Assembly: GCA_905202255.1 (NCBI GenBank)
Contig: CAJKRH010000004.1
Location: 4,287 to 68,286, forward strand
Reading direction: 5' to 3'
Length of the DNA: 64,000 bases
From: an uncultured Ruminococcus sp.
Lineage (GTDB): Bacteria > Bacillota > Clostridia > Oscillospirales > CAG-272
The notes below the pieces were generated by a model. It had not been told where the DNA came from, searched no databases, and saw only the letters and a program-made list of their open reading frames with translations. The translations under genes and the position numbers were made by a program. Shown one piece after another: positions 26,639-35,821 of the stretch (positions are counted from its first letter, which is position 1; the number at the start of each line of letters is the position of its first letter).

Positions 26639-27481
26639 TCATTTTCTGCCTCCGAATCCAATCCTGACAATCTGCATTTTCATCATACCGTCGCCGACCT
26701 TTGATAAAAATCGGAAAAATCCGCTCACCGACGGGTCGCGAAGGTCGTTATAGCCGAGCATATAGCCGCGGCTCGAAAGGCTCAGGCGGCTGTCCCATGC
26801 GGAAAGCTCGCTTTTCGCATCGGAGACGGCAAAATATGCGCCGACATCCTTGATTTCGGCATCTTTCAGCCATGTTTTCAGCATCAGCTTCACGGCTTTT
26901 TTGTTTGCCGCATCAAAAACAAGCACGCCGTCCGGGAAAGCATCCGCCATCGCCCGCACAAGCGTCCTGACCTGCTCCGCGAGAAAATAATAGAAAACTC
27001 CCGCCGCAAAAAATACGGCACCCTCGGAAGCATCGATTTTATCAAACCATGCGGTATCGTTGAGATTGCAGGGGATATTCTCCTCCCTCTCTCCCGCGGG
27101 AAGAAGTTCATTCCGCACGGCGATGACATCCGGAAAATCCAGATTATATATCCTGCAGCTTCCGTTATCGCAGTTTCGCCCCGTGCTGTCCAGTCCGCAA
27201 CCGAGATTGACAACCGCCGCTTTCGGATGCGATTTCAGATAATCGCGCACCTCAAAGGCAAGGTCATTCTGCCGCATGGCAGCTTCGAGAAAGCCGAAAC
27301 GCTGCATCAGGCTTCCCGATTTTTTCTCAAGCAACGAAAAATCATAATCTATCTCATTCATCAGGCGCAGTGCCGTTTCGTCGCGATAGAGCGACGGATA
27401 AAGCTGCGAGCACATTTTTCTCCCGTAAAGCGGGATAATCAGCGTTTCCTGAACGGTGTTTTTTTCTATTTTATACTTCAT
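26639..27481 (-). CDS. Class I SAM-dependent methyltransferase (TcmP / leucine carboxyl methyltransferase-like)
   Basis: 280 aa with a GGAGG RBS. VVNLGCGLDS motif. Clear paralogue of 31162..31947 (shared DYDFSL, NLGCGLD/NIACGLD, YNLD.P). Confidence 0.7.
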   Translation of the reverse strand: MKYKIEKNTVQETLIIPLYGRKMCSQLYPSLYRDETALRLMNEIDYDFSLLEKKSGSLMQRFGFLEAAMRQNDLAFEVRDYLKSHPKAAVVNLGCGLDSTGRNCDNGSCRIYNLDFPDVIAVRNELLPAGEREENIPCNLNDTAWFDKIDASEGAVFFAAGVFYYFLAEQVRTLVRAMADAFPDGVLVFDAANKKAVKLMLKTWLKDAEIKDVGAYFAVSDAKSELSAWDSRLSLSSRGYMLGYNDLRDPSVSGFFRFLSKVGDGMMKMQIVRIGFGGRK

Positions 27482-27496
27482 AAATACCTCCTTGCA

Positions 27497-27988
27497 TCAG
27501 CGAACGAATATCATCATGATTCCCGAGAGCACCGCCGAGATTATCGCCATGCCGACCGTGCCGAAAATCCATTTTTTGCATTTATCCTTTCCCGTTATAT
27601 ACGGCTTCAAATCCTCTGTCCCCGGGATAGTCCATGCCTTGGTATGCCCTACCCAGAAGCCGTCCACAAGGAAACGGTCGATAATGTTCATCACGGAGAG
27701 AATAACAAGCATCTGCCAGAAACCCGAAAGAAAACCCCTCGCGCCGTTTACGGCATATGTAAACGCCAGTATGTACGCAAGATAACCGGGAATACAGAGC
27801 GCCTTGAAAATTATCTTGTTTTTCTTTATCCTTTCGTGCGTCGTCAGCCCGAGCTTCACGCATCTTTCCTGCACCTCAGGGCTGTAAAGATGCACCATGC
27901 CGACAGCGCCTTTGCGTATGCCGAAAGCACATACGAGGACGAGCAGCACGCCCAGTCCGAATCCCTCCAGAAGAGTCTGTAAAATCAT
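27497..27988 (-). CDS. Hypothetical membrane protein
   Basis: 163 aa with an AGGAG RBS and 4 predicted hydrophobic segments. No recognisable motif. Confidence 0.6.
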   Translation of the reverse strand: MILQTLLEGFGLGVLLVLVCAFGIRKGAVGMVHLYSPEVQERCVKLGLTTHERIKKNKIIFKALCIPGYLAYILAFTYAVNGARGFLSGFWQMLVILSVMNIIDRFLVDGFWVGHTKAWTIPGTEDLKPYITGKDKCKKWIFGTVGMAIISAVLSGIMMIFVR

Positions 27989-28007
27989 TTTTCGTTTCTC
28001 CTTTTAT

Positions 28008-28784
28008 TTATCCCAATGCTACATCGAGCATCATCATGATACTGAATCCGACGGCAAAGAATATCGTGCCGATATTTGAATGTCTGCCCTGCGACATTTC
28101 GGGTATCAGCTCCTCCACCACGACATAGACCATCGCGCCCGCGGCAAAGCTGAGCAGATACGGCAGCGCGGGAACTATAAACTGCGCGGCTATTATGGTG
28201 AGTATCGCGCCTATCGGCTCCACTATGCCCGAGAGCACGCCGCCGAGAAAAGCTTTGCCCTTGCTTTCGCCCTCGGCTCGCAGCGGCATCGATATTATAG
28301 CGCCCTCGGGGAAATTCTGGATTGCTATTCCTATGGAGAGAGCAAGTGCGCTTGCCGCCGTTATCTGCATATTTCCCGAGAGCAAGCCCGCATACATAAC
28401 GCCGACAGCCATTCCCTCCGGTATATTATGCAGTGTCACCGCCAGAACCATCATCGTAGTGCGCCCAAGCTTGCTTTTCGGTCCCTCCGTCTCGTCGCTT
28501 CCGACATGGAGATGAGGAATGAGATGGTCGAGCGCGAGCAGAAAAAGCACGCCTATCCAGAATCCGATGAAAGCGGGCAGAAAGGCAAAAGTTCCCATAC
28601 CCTCCGATTGCTCTATCGCGGGAATCAGCAGGCTCCATACTGATGCGGCTACCATCACACCCGCGGCAAATCCCGCGAGCGCACGCTGAACCAAATCGCC
28701 GAGCGATTTTTTCATGAAGAATACGCAAGCCGCACCGAGCGATGTCCCGAGAAACGGAATCAGCAGTCCGAAAAATACCTCCAC
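28008..28784 (-). CDS. ZIP-family divalent metal (zinc) transporter
   Basis: 258 aa, GTG start. LTLHNIPEGMAVG and AIQNFPEG motifs. Confidence 0.85.
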   Translation of the reverse strand: MEVFFGLLIPFLGTSLGAACVFFMKKSLGDLVQRALAGFAAGVMVAASVWSLLIPAIEQSEGMGTFAFLPAFIGFWIGVLFLLALDHLIPHLHVGSDETEGPKSKLGRTTMMVLAVTLHNIPEGMAVGVMYAGLLSGNMQITAASALALSIGIAIQNFPEGAIISMPLRAEGESKGKAFLGGVLSGIVEPIGAILTIIAAQFIVPALPYLLSFAAGAMVYVVVEELIPEMSQGRHSNIGTIFFAVGFSIMMMLDVALG

Positions 28785-28811
28785 TTTCTCTCACACTCCT
28801 TTTGTCAGTTT

Positions 28812-29513
28812 TTATTTGTTTCTGCGATAACCCGCCTCGTCGCGATATTCGGGATGCTCTTTCGCATAAGCGTCCCTGTCTCCGCAAATGGCATAATCGC
28901 ATTTGCAGCCGTTTGCGCAGGTAGTCGTGCGTATGAGCTTCGCATGCAAAAGCTCCATGGATGCAAAATCGACATTGCAGAGTGCGGGCATGATGTCATC
29001 AAAACCGAACTTTTTTGCAAACTCCGCGGCGGGACACGCCGTAAATTCATAATATATCGGCTTGTCCTTATCGTAAGGCGAAACATTCATCTCATAATCG
29101 TGCCATTTGTCACAGCCAGATTTTGCCCGCGTAAAAGCCTTATACATAAGTTTGCGCCAGAAAGGCTTATTGCAATCGACAAATTTCAGCTTGCGGAATG
29201 CAGGCAGTATCAGATTTTCCTCAATCTCTTCTATCTCGCGGAAAGATGTGACATCTCTGCACACATCATAATAACTCATGATTGCTATGCAGTCATATGT
29301 GCCGCCATTGCCGTTATGAAAATTCTTTTTCCCACCGAGGTCAGTGCGCCATTCGGAAAGAAATTTCACATATTTCAGCTGTATTTTTTCCCATACCGCT
29401 TCCCTTTTCTCCGTCGGATAATGCAGAGCGATTTTCTTTTGAATTTCCTTTTTGCATGGCTTTGAATAAAGCACATGGCAGGTGCGGTCAAATTTAAGCT
29501 CGCTGTCTTTCAT
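28812..29513 (-). CDS. ATC hydrolase-family-like protein (paralogue type of 25769..26401)
   Basis: 233 aa. FTACPAAEFAKKFGFDDIMPALCNVDFASME...CKCDYAICG parallels the other copy. The ATG overlaps the upstream stop. Confidence 0.5.
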   Translation of the reverse strand: MKDSELKFDRTCHVLYSKPCKKEIQKKIALHYPTEKREAVWEKIQLKYVKFLSEWRTDLGGKKNFHNGNGGTYDCIAIMSYYDVCRDVTSFREIEEIEENLILPAFRKLKFVDCNKPFWRKLMYKAFTRAKSGCDKWHDYEMNVSPYDKDKPIYYEFTACPAAEFAKKFGFDDIMPALCNVDFASMELLHAKLIRTTTCANGCKCDYAICGDRDAYAKEHPEYRDEAGYRRNK

Positions 29514-30373
29514 CTTCCGACTCCTTTCAGAAATCCGCTTTTTGCGCCCTCTTCGGTATCGTCCGATTCGTCGTAGGCGTCATAAGGCGCCGACGGGTCA
29601 TGAACTTTCTTTTTGAAAGGTGAGCAGAGTTTATCCTTATGCGCAAAGGCAAATTCAAAATTGTCCGTCCAGCCCGTATGCCCTGTGATGAAGAGCGGTT
29701 TTATGCCCATTTTCTTCAGTTTGGTCTCAAGCACGGCAAGCGATTTCACGGCGAGCTTATTATCCTCCGCGAGAGCGGAAATGAAGCTGTAGCCGCCGTC
29801 GGCTCCGAGCCATATCGTATCGCCCGTGAAAAGATACTTATCATCGATGAGATACACCATATGTCCCCATGTATGCCCGGGAACAAGGAAGCAATGAATC
29901 TTTATATCGCCTATGCGGAAAGTTTCGCCGTCGCGCAGAAGCTGTTTTTTGTTGTTTATCGTCACCTGCGGCAGTTTGTACATATGGTAGATAACATTTC
30001 GGCGAACCTCGCCCGTCAGATAGCGGTTTTCGACATCGCCGATATGGAGCATCGCCTTTTTGAAAAGCCCGGGGCTGTCTGCCTCCACTGCGCCGACATG
30101 GTCGGTATCCTGATGGGTGATGAGGATATGGCGGATGGATTTCGGATTTATCCCGAGCCAGCCCATCTTTTCCTCCAGCCGCTCGTAATTGTAGCCCGCG
30201 TCTATCATTATAGTGGTATCGCCCTTGCGGTAAAAGAAGATATTCGCCACCCATTCGCGCACGCAGGCAACATTTTCATCTATCCACCCCGTATTCAACG
30301 GCTTGAAAATCTCTTTGCCGCGATACATCCTGCTCATTGATTTTCTCTGAAATTCAGTTGCTTTCTTTGACAT
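29510..30373 (-). CDS. MBL-fold metallo-hydrolase
   Basis: 287 aa. ILITHQDTDHVG (HxHxDH) and PGHTWGH motifs. Confidence 0.85.
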   Translation of the reverse strand: MSKKATEFQRKSMSRMYRGKEIFKPLNTGWIDENVACVREWVANIFFYRKGDTTIMIDAGYNYERLEEKMGWLGINPKSIRHILITHQDTDHVGAVEADSPGLFKKAMLHIGDVENRYLTGEVRRNVIYHMYKLPQVTINNKKQLLRDGETFRIGDIKIHCFLVPGHTWGHMVYLIDDKYLFTGDTIWLGADGGYSFISALAEDNKLAVKSLAVLETKLKKMGIKPLFITGHTGWTDNFEFAFAHKDKLCSPFKKKVHDPSAPYDAYDESDDTEEGAKSGFLKGVGR

Positions 30374-30377
30374 ACTT

Positions 30378-31160
30378 TCACCTCTCGAGGGAGCGCCTGT
30401 GCGCCGCCTGTACTTCCTTTGAAAATTCTTCGGGATGCTCGCCCGCGAGCGTTCCGTGTCCCATATTCGGGAAAACTTTGTATGTAAAGGCGTAGCCCTT
30501 GTCCTGCCACTCCTTTATATGCTTTGCCAGTTTCTTTTCCGTTGAGCTTTTGATTCCGTGCCAGATATACATATCCGTTCTCTCAAAAAGCCCGAAATCC
30601 TTATGCCGCCCTATCATGCATCTGTCCTGATTTACCCAGCTGCGCCATGTCGCATCGCGATAGACGATGCGGTCAAAAGATTCCTCAGTGCGCCCCATCA
30701 TTTTGCAGACTATCTTTTTGCGTATGGGACCCGCCTTGCCTATGAGGCGATAAGCAAAACCTGTCAGGAAAAAGAGATAGATATTCTGCAATACGGGATT
30801 TTTGATATCCGCATAGTCCATAGTCGGCATACCGTCGGCGATGGTCGTTGTGACAGTCAGCCGCTCGTCCGCGAGCACATCCATGAGCACAAAAGTACCG
30901 TAGGAAACGCCGTAGAGAATATCTATCTTCCCGCCGTAGTGCTCTGCGATGTAGTCTCCGAGCCGCTTTGCCTCATCACGCGTGGATATGAATTCCGTTT
31001 CCGGCTCGTCGGGATTAAATCCGTCATAGGCGACAAGCACGACATGATAGACCTTTGCCAGCTCCTGCACCACAGGAATCGCACCGCGATAGCATATACC
31101 GCCGCCATGGAGCATGACCATCAGCTCGGGATTTCCCCTCCCGAATTCAAAATACTTCAT
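30378..31160 (-). CDS. Alpha/beta-fold hydrolase
   Basis: 260 aa. MVMLHGGG, nucleophile elbow GVSYG, and a C-terminal GHG. Confidence 0.75.
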   Translation of the reverse strand: MKYFEFGRGNPELMVMLHGGGICYRGAIPVVQELAKVYHVVLVAYDGFNPDEPETEFISTRDEAKRLGDYIAEHYGGKIDILYGVSYGTFVLMDVLADERLTVTTTIADGMPTMDYADIKNPVLQNIYLFFLTGFAYRLIGKAGPIRKKIVCKMMGRTEESFDRIVYRDATWRSWVNQDRCMIGRHKDFGLFERTDMYIWHGIKSSTEKKLAKHIKEWQDKGYAFTYKVFPNMGHGTLAGEHPEEFSKEVQAAHRRSLER

Positions 31161-31161
31161 C

Positions 31162-31947
31162 TCACTTCTCCAGTATAACTATTTTATTTGATATATTGCG
31201 TATAAAACCTATTTTGTCAAGCAGCTTATATACCGGCACAAATTCAGCCATGCCCTCTGTCAGGCTGTGCTCCTCGGAAAAACGGAAATCAGGCAGAAGA
31301 GCCGCAAGCTCCCTGCCGCCCTTTATTCCCCATGTGAATTTTGCATGGCTTCCCTCGATGGATTTCTCCTTGAAGCGACGCGCCACCATGGGGTTCATGG
31401 TTTCGACAAAAACCGTAGCGTGACCGAATCTTTCCGAAATAACGGCGAAAATGCGCTTTACATCTTCCTCGCGGAGATACATCGTCAGTCCCTCGATTAT
31501 CACGAGTGCCGCCGTGCCGTTCTCTGCTATCGCGCCGCCCCAGTCGTCCATGGCGGACATGGCTATCTGCGAGATATCGCCGCTCTCCGGCAGGAGCTTT
31601 TCACGCACGGAGATAGTCTCCGGCAGGTCGAGATTATACCAGTGAGAATACCCGCTCGTGCGGTAGCACCGCGTATCAAGCCCGCAGGCTATATTTACGA
31701 CCACCGCGCCAGGATTTTTCACAAGCCATGCCGACACCAGTCCGTCAAGCACGATGGTGCGCGCGATAACGCCGCTGTGCATGGCGCTGTCCTTATCCGC
31801 AAGCGAAAAATCATAGTCGAGCCTGTCGATTACCTCCTCGGCTTTTCTGTCGCAGACTGCGCCGCGCCCTCTGCTTTCCTTTGCTCTGGCATAAACCGTC
31901 TGCAGCATCGTCTCGGGAACTCCCGAGAGTTTTATTTTTTCTCCCAT
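31162..31947 (-). CDS. Class I SAM-dependent methyltransferase (TcmP/LCM-like), paralogue of 26639..27481
   Basis: 261 aa. VVNIACGLDTR and WYNLDLPE motifs. Confidence 0.7.
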   Translation of the reverse strand: MGEKIKLSGVPETMLQTVYARAKESRGRGAVCDRKAEEVIDRLDYDFSLADKDSAMHSGVIARTIVLDGLVSAWLVKNPGAVVVNIACGLDTRCYRTSGYSHWYNLDLPETISVREKLLPESGDISQIAMSAMDDWGGAIAENGTAALVIIEGLTMYLREEDVKRIFAVISERFGHATVFVETMNPMVARRFKEKSIEGSHAKFTWGIKGGRELAALLPDFRFSEEHSLTEGMAEFVPVYKLLDKIGFIRNISNKIVILEK

Positions 31948-31948
31948 G

Positions 31949-32290
31949 TCAATCAGCCTCCGCTTCTTTCAGTCCTCTGCCCGACCATATGGCATTTGCG
32001 AGCATCCATACGGCAAGCGCCCTCGTCTTGCGATATTGCGGCTTTATCTGCGTCAGTGACGCGCGAACCGTGAAAAATCCGAGCGCCATACCGCAAAGCC
32101 CCGTGACGATGAGAAGCGGCAGACGCCACTCGCCCCATGAGCCGTCAAGATATGCTTCTCTTGCAAAAAGCCCGCTGTCGCCGGAATGCGCGGGAATCAC
32201 GCTCAGGCACAGGTCGCCGACGAGCATCAGAAGTGCGCCGAGAGCGCCGAGCAGACAATCTCTTCTGTATGTTTTCTGCTTTATATCCAT
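31949..32290 (-). CDS. Hypothetical membrane protein (first gene of operon)
   Basis: Start placed at MDIKQKTYRRD, with a GGAGGG RBS. 3 hydrophobic segments. Confidence 0.55.
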   Translation of the reverse strand: MDIKQKTYRRDCLLGALGALLMLVGDLCLSVIPAHSGDSGLFAREAYLDGSWGEWRLPLLIVTGLCGMALGFFTVRASLTQIKPQYRKTRALAVWMLANAIWSGRGLKEAEAD

Positions 32291-32428
32291 CTGTTTTCCT
32301 CCCTGTTTTGTCTTTTTGCCGTCGCGGGTTAGCAAAGGCTAACCAATAGCTTTACGAAAAGCCGCCCGCAGGCAGCCGTCTATGGCATTTTTCACGAAAA
32401 TACTTGCATGGCAAGGCTTTCTGTGATT

Positions 32429-32457
32429 ATAATATCACATAATTTTATGCTTTGCAA
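32429..32457 (-). promoter_or_regulatory. Promoter with palindromic operator over the -10
   Basis: On the minus strand: TTGCAA, 17-nt spacer, TATTAT. The perfect palindrome GTGAT-TATAAT-ATCAC (32423-32438) overlaps the -10. Confidence 0.5.
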
Positions 32458-32820
32458 TAGGATTTTGCAATTTTTATCTGCCAAGAGAAAAAATAATTTA
32501 CAGAAATCCGAAATATCAATTCCCTGCTTTTCAAACCGTTGTGACAGTCACCACATCCGCTATATTTTCCGCGAAAATTTCGGTATTCCCTTTTGCTATG
32601 TTTTTCATAACGGAAGATTCACCTTTTGTGGATTCTCCGTAGTCTATCGGCTCATCTAAAGTATTCTCAAAAAGTTACTTTCGCTAATAATGCTTCAAAG
32701 CGGTGTTTTTTCTTCGTATTCATCATTAGTTGCGTTTTAATCAAAAGGCATCTATAAGTCTCAAGAGCCAGCTTGAGAGTTTATAGATGCCATAAAATTT
32801 ATAAAGCGGGCTGATAAAAT

Positions 32821-34155
32821 TTACGGAGTCAGACGCTTGGGGCTGCGGAAGAGGAACATCGCTTCGTTGATATGCAGACCCGTAAGGAGCATGGTAAGGC
32901 GGTCTACACCAAGTCCGAAACCGCCGTGAGGAGGACAACCGTACTTGAAAAATTCGAGATAGAATTTTACATCCTCTGCCAATCCTTTTTCTTCTGCCTG
33001 TGCTTTCAGAACATCGTATCTGTGTTCTCTTTGTGCGCCGGTAGTAATCTCAACTCCGCGCCAGATAAGGTCATAGCCCTCGGGAACGCCATGCTCATCA
33101 CGCATATGGTAAAATGCGCGTTTTTCAGCAGAATAGTCGGTGATAAAGAGAAATTCATGATTATATTTGCGCTTTACCCACTCATAGCTGAGTCTTTCGG
33201 CATCGGTAGTCAGATCACCCTTTTCGGAGTCAGGAACCGTATAACCGAAATCCTTTTCCAGATTGTCATATAATTCAGCCAGAGTAATAACGGGAAACGG
33301 CGTGGTGGGAACCACTACCTCTATGCCGAATGTTTCTTTTATTTGGTCTCCGAGCTCGTCCTTTACCTTTGCCAAAGCATAGGTAAGAAGCTCCTCCTCC
33401 ATCTTCATAACATCGCGGAAGGAGGTGATATAGCTGAATTCCAAGTCGAAGCCGGTGAACTCGGTGGTGTGCTTGTTGGTATAGGATTTCTCTGCGCGGA
33501 ATACGGGACCGACCTCGAAAATTCTGTCAAAACCGCTTGCCATTGCCATCTGCTTATAAAACTGAGGACTCTGAGCAAGATATGCGTTGCGGTCAAAATA
33601 TTTGACCTCGAAAACCTCCGAGCCGCTCTCGCTCGCCGCACCGATAAGCTTTGGCGTATGTATCTCCAAAAATCCGCGTTCATAAAGGAAATCGCGCATA
33701 GCTTTTGTAAAAAGCGTCTGAGCCTTAAAAATAAGCTGATTACGGTCAGTACGCAAGTCAATCCAGCGATAATCCATGCGGTCATCGATTCCGGAACGGG
33801 CTACGGCAGCCTTCTTTTTGGTAGCGGGAATATCTTCGCGTTGTATGGGAAGAGCGGCAGCTACGGACTCAACCTTGATTTCGGTTGGGATTATTTCAAT
33901 TCCGCCCATTTTTACATATTCGCTTTCATGTGCCACACCGATTACCGATATTACGGAATCTGGGGTAATCTGACCGAGTGCGGGCAGAAGCTCCTCGTGT
34001 CCCTCTTTTTCTATGGTTATCTGCACCTTACCGGTAATATCCTTCAGAACTATAAAGCACATTGCCTTGCCGTCACGGAAATTTTCGACAAAGCCCTGAA
34101 CCAAAATGCTTTTTTCGAGATTATCACGGATATCTTTTACATATATTCTTTGCAT
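32821..34155 (-). CDS. aspS: Aspartate--tRNA ligase, archaeal/type-2 (possibly non-discriminating)
   Basis: 444 aa. Class IIb motifs: AQSPQFYKQ, GPVFRAEKSYTNKHTTEF, GLGVDRL and a terminal RLTP. Confidence 0.8.
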   Translation of the reverse strand: MQRIYVKDIRDNLEKSILVQGFVENFRDGKAMCFIVLKDITGKVQITIEKEGHEELLPALGQITPDSVISVIGVAHESEYVKMGGIEIIPTEIKVESVAAALPIQREDIPATKKKAAVARSGIDDRMDYRWIDLRTDRNQLIFKAQTLFTKAMRDFLYERGFLEIHTPKLIGAASESGSEVFEVKYFDRNAYLAQSPQFYKQMAMASGFDRIFEVGPVFRAEKSYTNKHTTEFTGFDLEFSYITSFRDVMKMEEELLTYALAKVKDELGDQIKETFGIEVVVPTTPFPVITLAELYDNLEKDFGYTVPDSEKGDLTTDAERLSYEWVKRKYNHEFLFITDYSAEKRAFYHMRDEHGVPEGYDLIWRGVEITTGAQREHRYDVLKAQAEEKGLAEDVKFYLEFFKYGCPPHGGFGLGVDRLTMLLTGLHINEAMFLFRSPKRLTP

Positions 34156-34282
34156 ATATTTCTCCTTTTAATACAATTGTCATCTCTCTGGTTATGTATT
34201 GATTTGTTATTATACACCAATATTTTCTGTTTGTCAACCGCCTGCAAAAATTCTCATTGCATGATTTATCAGATTATTTCTC

Positions 34283-34894
34283 TTATTTCTCAAAATCCGA
34301 CTTTTTCCAGTATTTATAATCCAGTCCGCGCATAGTGCGGTATCTGCTGTAAAAATGTTGTACATTTGTATCGAAATCCGGGAAATAGTTTTTTACATCA
34401 AATATGATATCATCGCGATACTGCATACTCAAAAGTCCGGGCATCACCGTACATCCATTAAGTGATTTCTTCTCTTCTTCATCAAGAATCTTTGATGAAA
34501 AAAATATCATTTTTCCTCTTGCAAAAATATAATCAAATACAGAATTGCTAAACTCCGATGCGTTTATTTCCGCAATGCCGCTTGATTTTACTTCGCTCCA
34601 TTTCAAAAAAAGCGTATCATTTATAAATATTCCGCTTTCTTCAAAATGGATTTTCAGACCAAACTTTATCTTGTCTGTTTTCAAGGTGCGGGCATAAAAC
34701 AGCACGGCACATTCAAATGCAAGTACCGCCAGTGTCGTTACAATATGAACCGTCATATTGGATTTTCCGGGGATAAGGATAATAATTGCTCCCGCAGCAA
34801 AGCCGAGAACCGCAAGAACGCCATAACTGAGCCAACCCAAAAAGTATAAAGTCCCGGGAGATTTTACCAAGGTGTAAGTCTTTTTCATGCTCAA
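34283..34894 (-). CDS. Hypothetical two-TM protein, AT-rich
   Basis: 203 aa. Two TM helices followed by a soluble domain. The ATG overlaps the ispA stop. Visibly more AT-rich than its neighbours. Confidence 0.6.
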   Translation of the reverse strand: MSMKKTYTLVKSPGTLYFLGWLSYGVLAVLGFAAGAIIILIPGKSNMTVHIVTTLAVLAFECAVLFYARTLKTDKIKFGLKIHFEESGIFINDTLFLKWSEVKSSGIAEINASEFSNSVFDYIFARGKMIFFSSKILDEEEKKSLNGCTVMPGLLSMQYRDDIIFDVKNYFPDFDTNVQHFYSRYRTMRGLDYKYWKKSDFEK

Positions 34895-35796
34895 TATTTC
34901 CTCTCAAGCAGGTAGCTTGCCAGCTCGCAGAGTACTTTGCTTCCGGAATAGCCCGAGATTGCCGCTATTGCCGCCTCTGTTTCGCGCTTTGCATATTCGC
35001 GTGCCTTTACCACATCCATGAACGAGAGGAATGTCGTTTTGCCCTCCTTGGCGTCGGCATGCGTAGCCTTTCCGAGAAGTGCCGCATCGCCCTCAACATC
35101 GAGGATATCGTCTATTATCTGAAAAGCAAGTCCTATGCCCGTGGCATATTTTGCCGCATCATGGAGCCGCTTGTCGGAGGAGATATACAGTCCCGCCGCA
35201 TGACAGCCGAGAAGCGCAGATGCTCTCATCAGCGCGCCTGTTTTCTTATCGTGCATTTTCAGGAGAAGCTTGAAATCGGGTGCCTTTTTCTCGCCGAGCA
35301 GGTCTATCTCCTGCCCGCCCATCATGCCGAGCGCACCCGCGCAGACAAGAAGCATATTTGTCGCGGAGAGCGCGGCTTTCGGCTCCACAAAGGCATTTTC
35401 CGAAGCAAGCTCATAGCCCTTTGTTATCAGCGCGTCGCCGCAGAGGAGTGCTATATCCTCGCCGTAAACCTTATGGTTTGTCAGCTTGCCGCGCCTGTAA
35501 TCATCATTATCCATGCAGGGCATATCGTCATGCACAAGCGATGACGCATGAACGCACTCTATAGCGCAGGCAAAAGGCATAGCCGAGGCGTCCATTCCGC
35601 CGAAAAGCCTGCAAAACTGCATTACGAGAAAGGCGCGTATGCGCTTTCCTCCGCCGAGCGCGCTGTAGCGCATGGATGAATAGAGCGTTTCGAGCGCCGC
35701 ATCGGGCGTTTTCAGGTATTTTTCAAGCTCGGTTTCGACAGCCGCGGCATTTTCCGAAAGTAATTTTTTTATATCAGCTTCCCTGCATTTTTCCAT
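34891..35796 (-). CDS. ispA: Polyprenyl (farnesyl/geranylgeranyl) diphosphate synthase
   Basis: 301 aa. LVHDDMPCMDNDDYRRGK and FQIIDDILD Asp-rich motifs. Confidence 0.92.
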   Translation of the reverse strand: MEKCREADIKKLLSENAAAVETELEKYLKTPDAALETLYSSMRYSALGGGKRIRAFLVMQFCRLFGGMDASAMPFACAIECVHASSLVHDDMPCMDNDDYRRGKLTNHKVYGEDIALLCGDALITKGYELASENAFVEPKAALSATNMLLVCAGALGMMGGQEIDLLGEKKAPDFKLLLKMHDKKTGALMRASALLGCHAAGLYISSDKRLHDAAKYATGIGLAFQIIDDILDVEGDAALLGKATHADAKEGKTTFLSFMDVVKAREYAKRETEAAIAAISGYSGSKVLCELASYLLERKY

Positions 35797-35821
35797 AGTA
35801 TATCCTCCGTATTTTCATTCC

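Noticed and set aside
32500-32600. 25-codon minus-strand ORF (MKNIAKGNTEIFAENIADVVTVTTV) in the 480-bp gap between the ten-gene operon and aspS.
   Set aside because: It has only a weak RBS, no supporting features and no conservation evidence available. It may be a chance ORF in AT-rich spacer DNA.
34156-34282. T-box leaders upstream of the aminoacyl-tRNA synthetase genes (aspS, argS, serS).
   Set aside because: The leaders are too short: about 127 nt for aspS including the neighbour's terminator region, about 90 nt for argS and 5 nt for serS. They lack the AGAGA / T-box 14-mer features.
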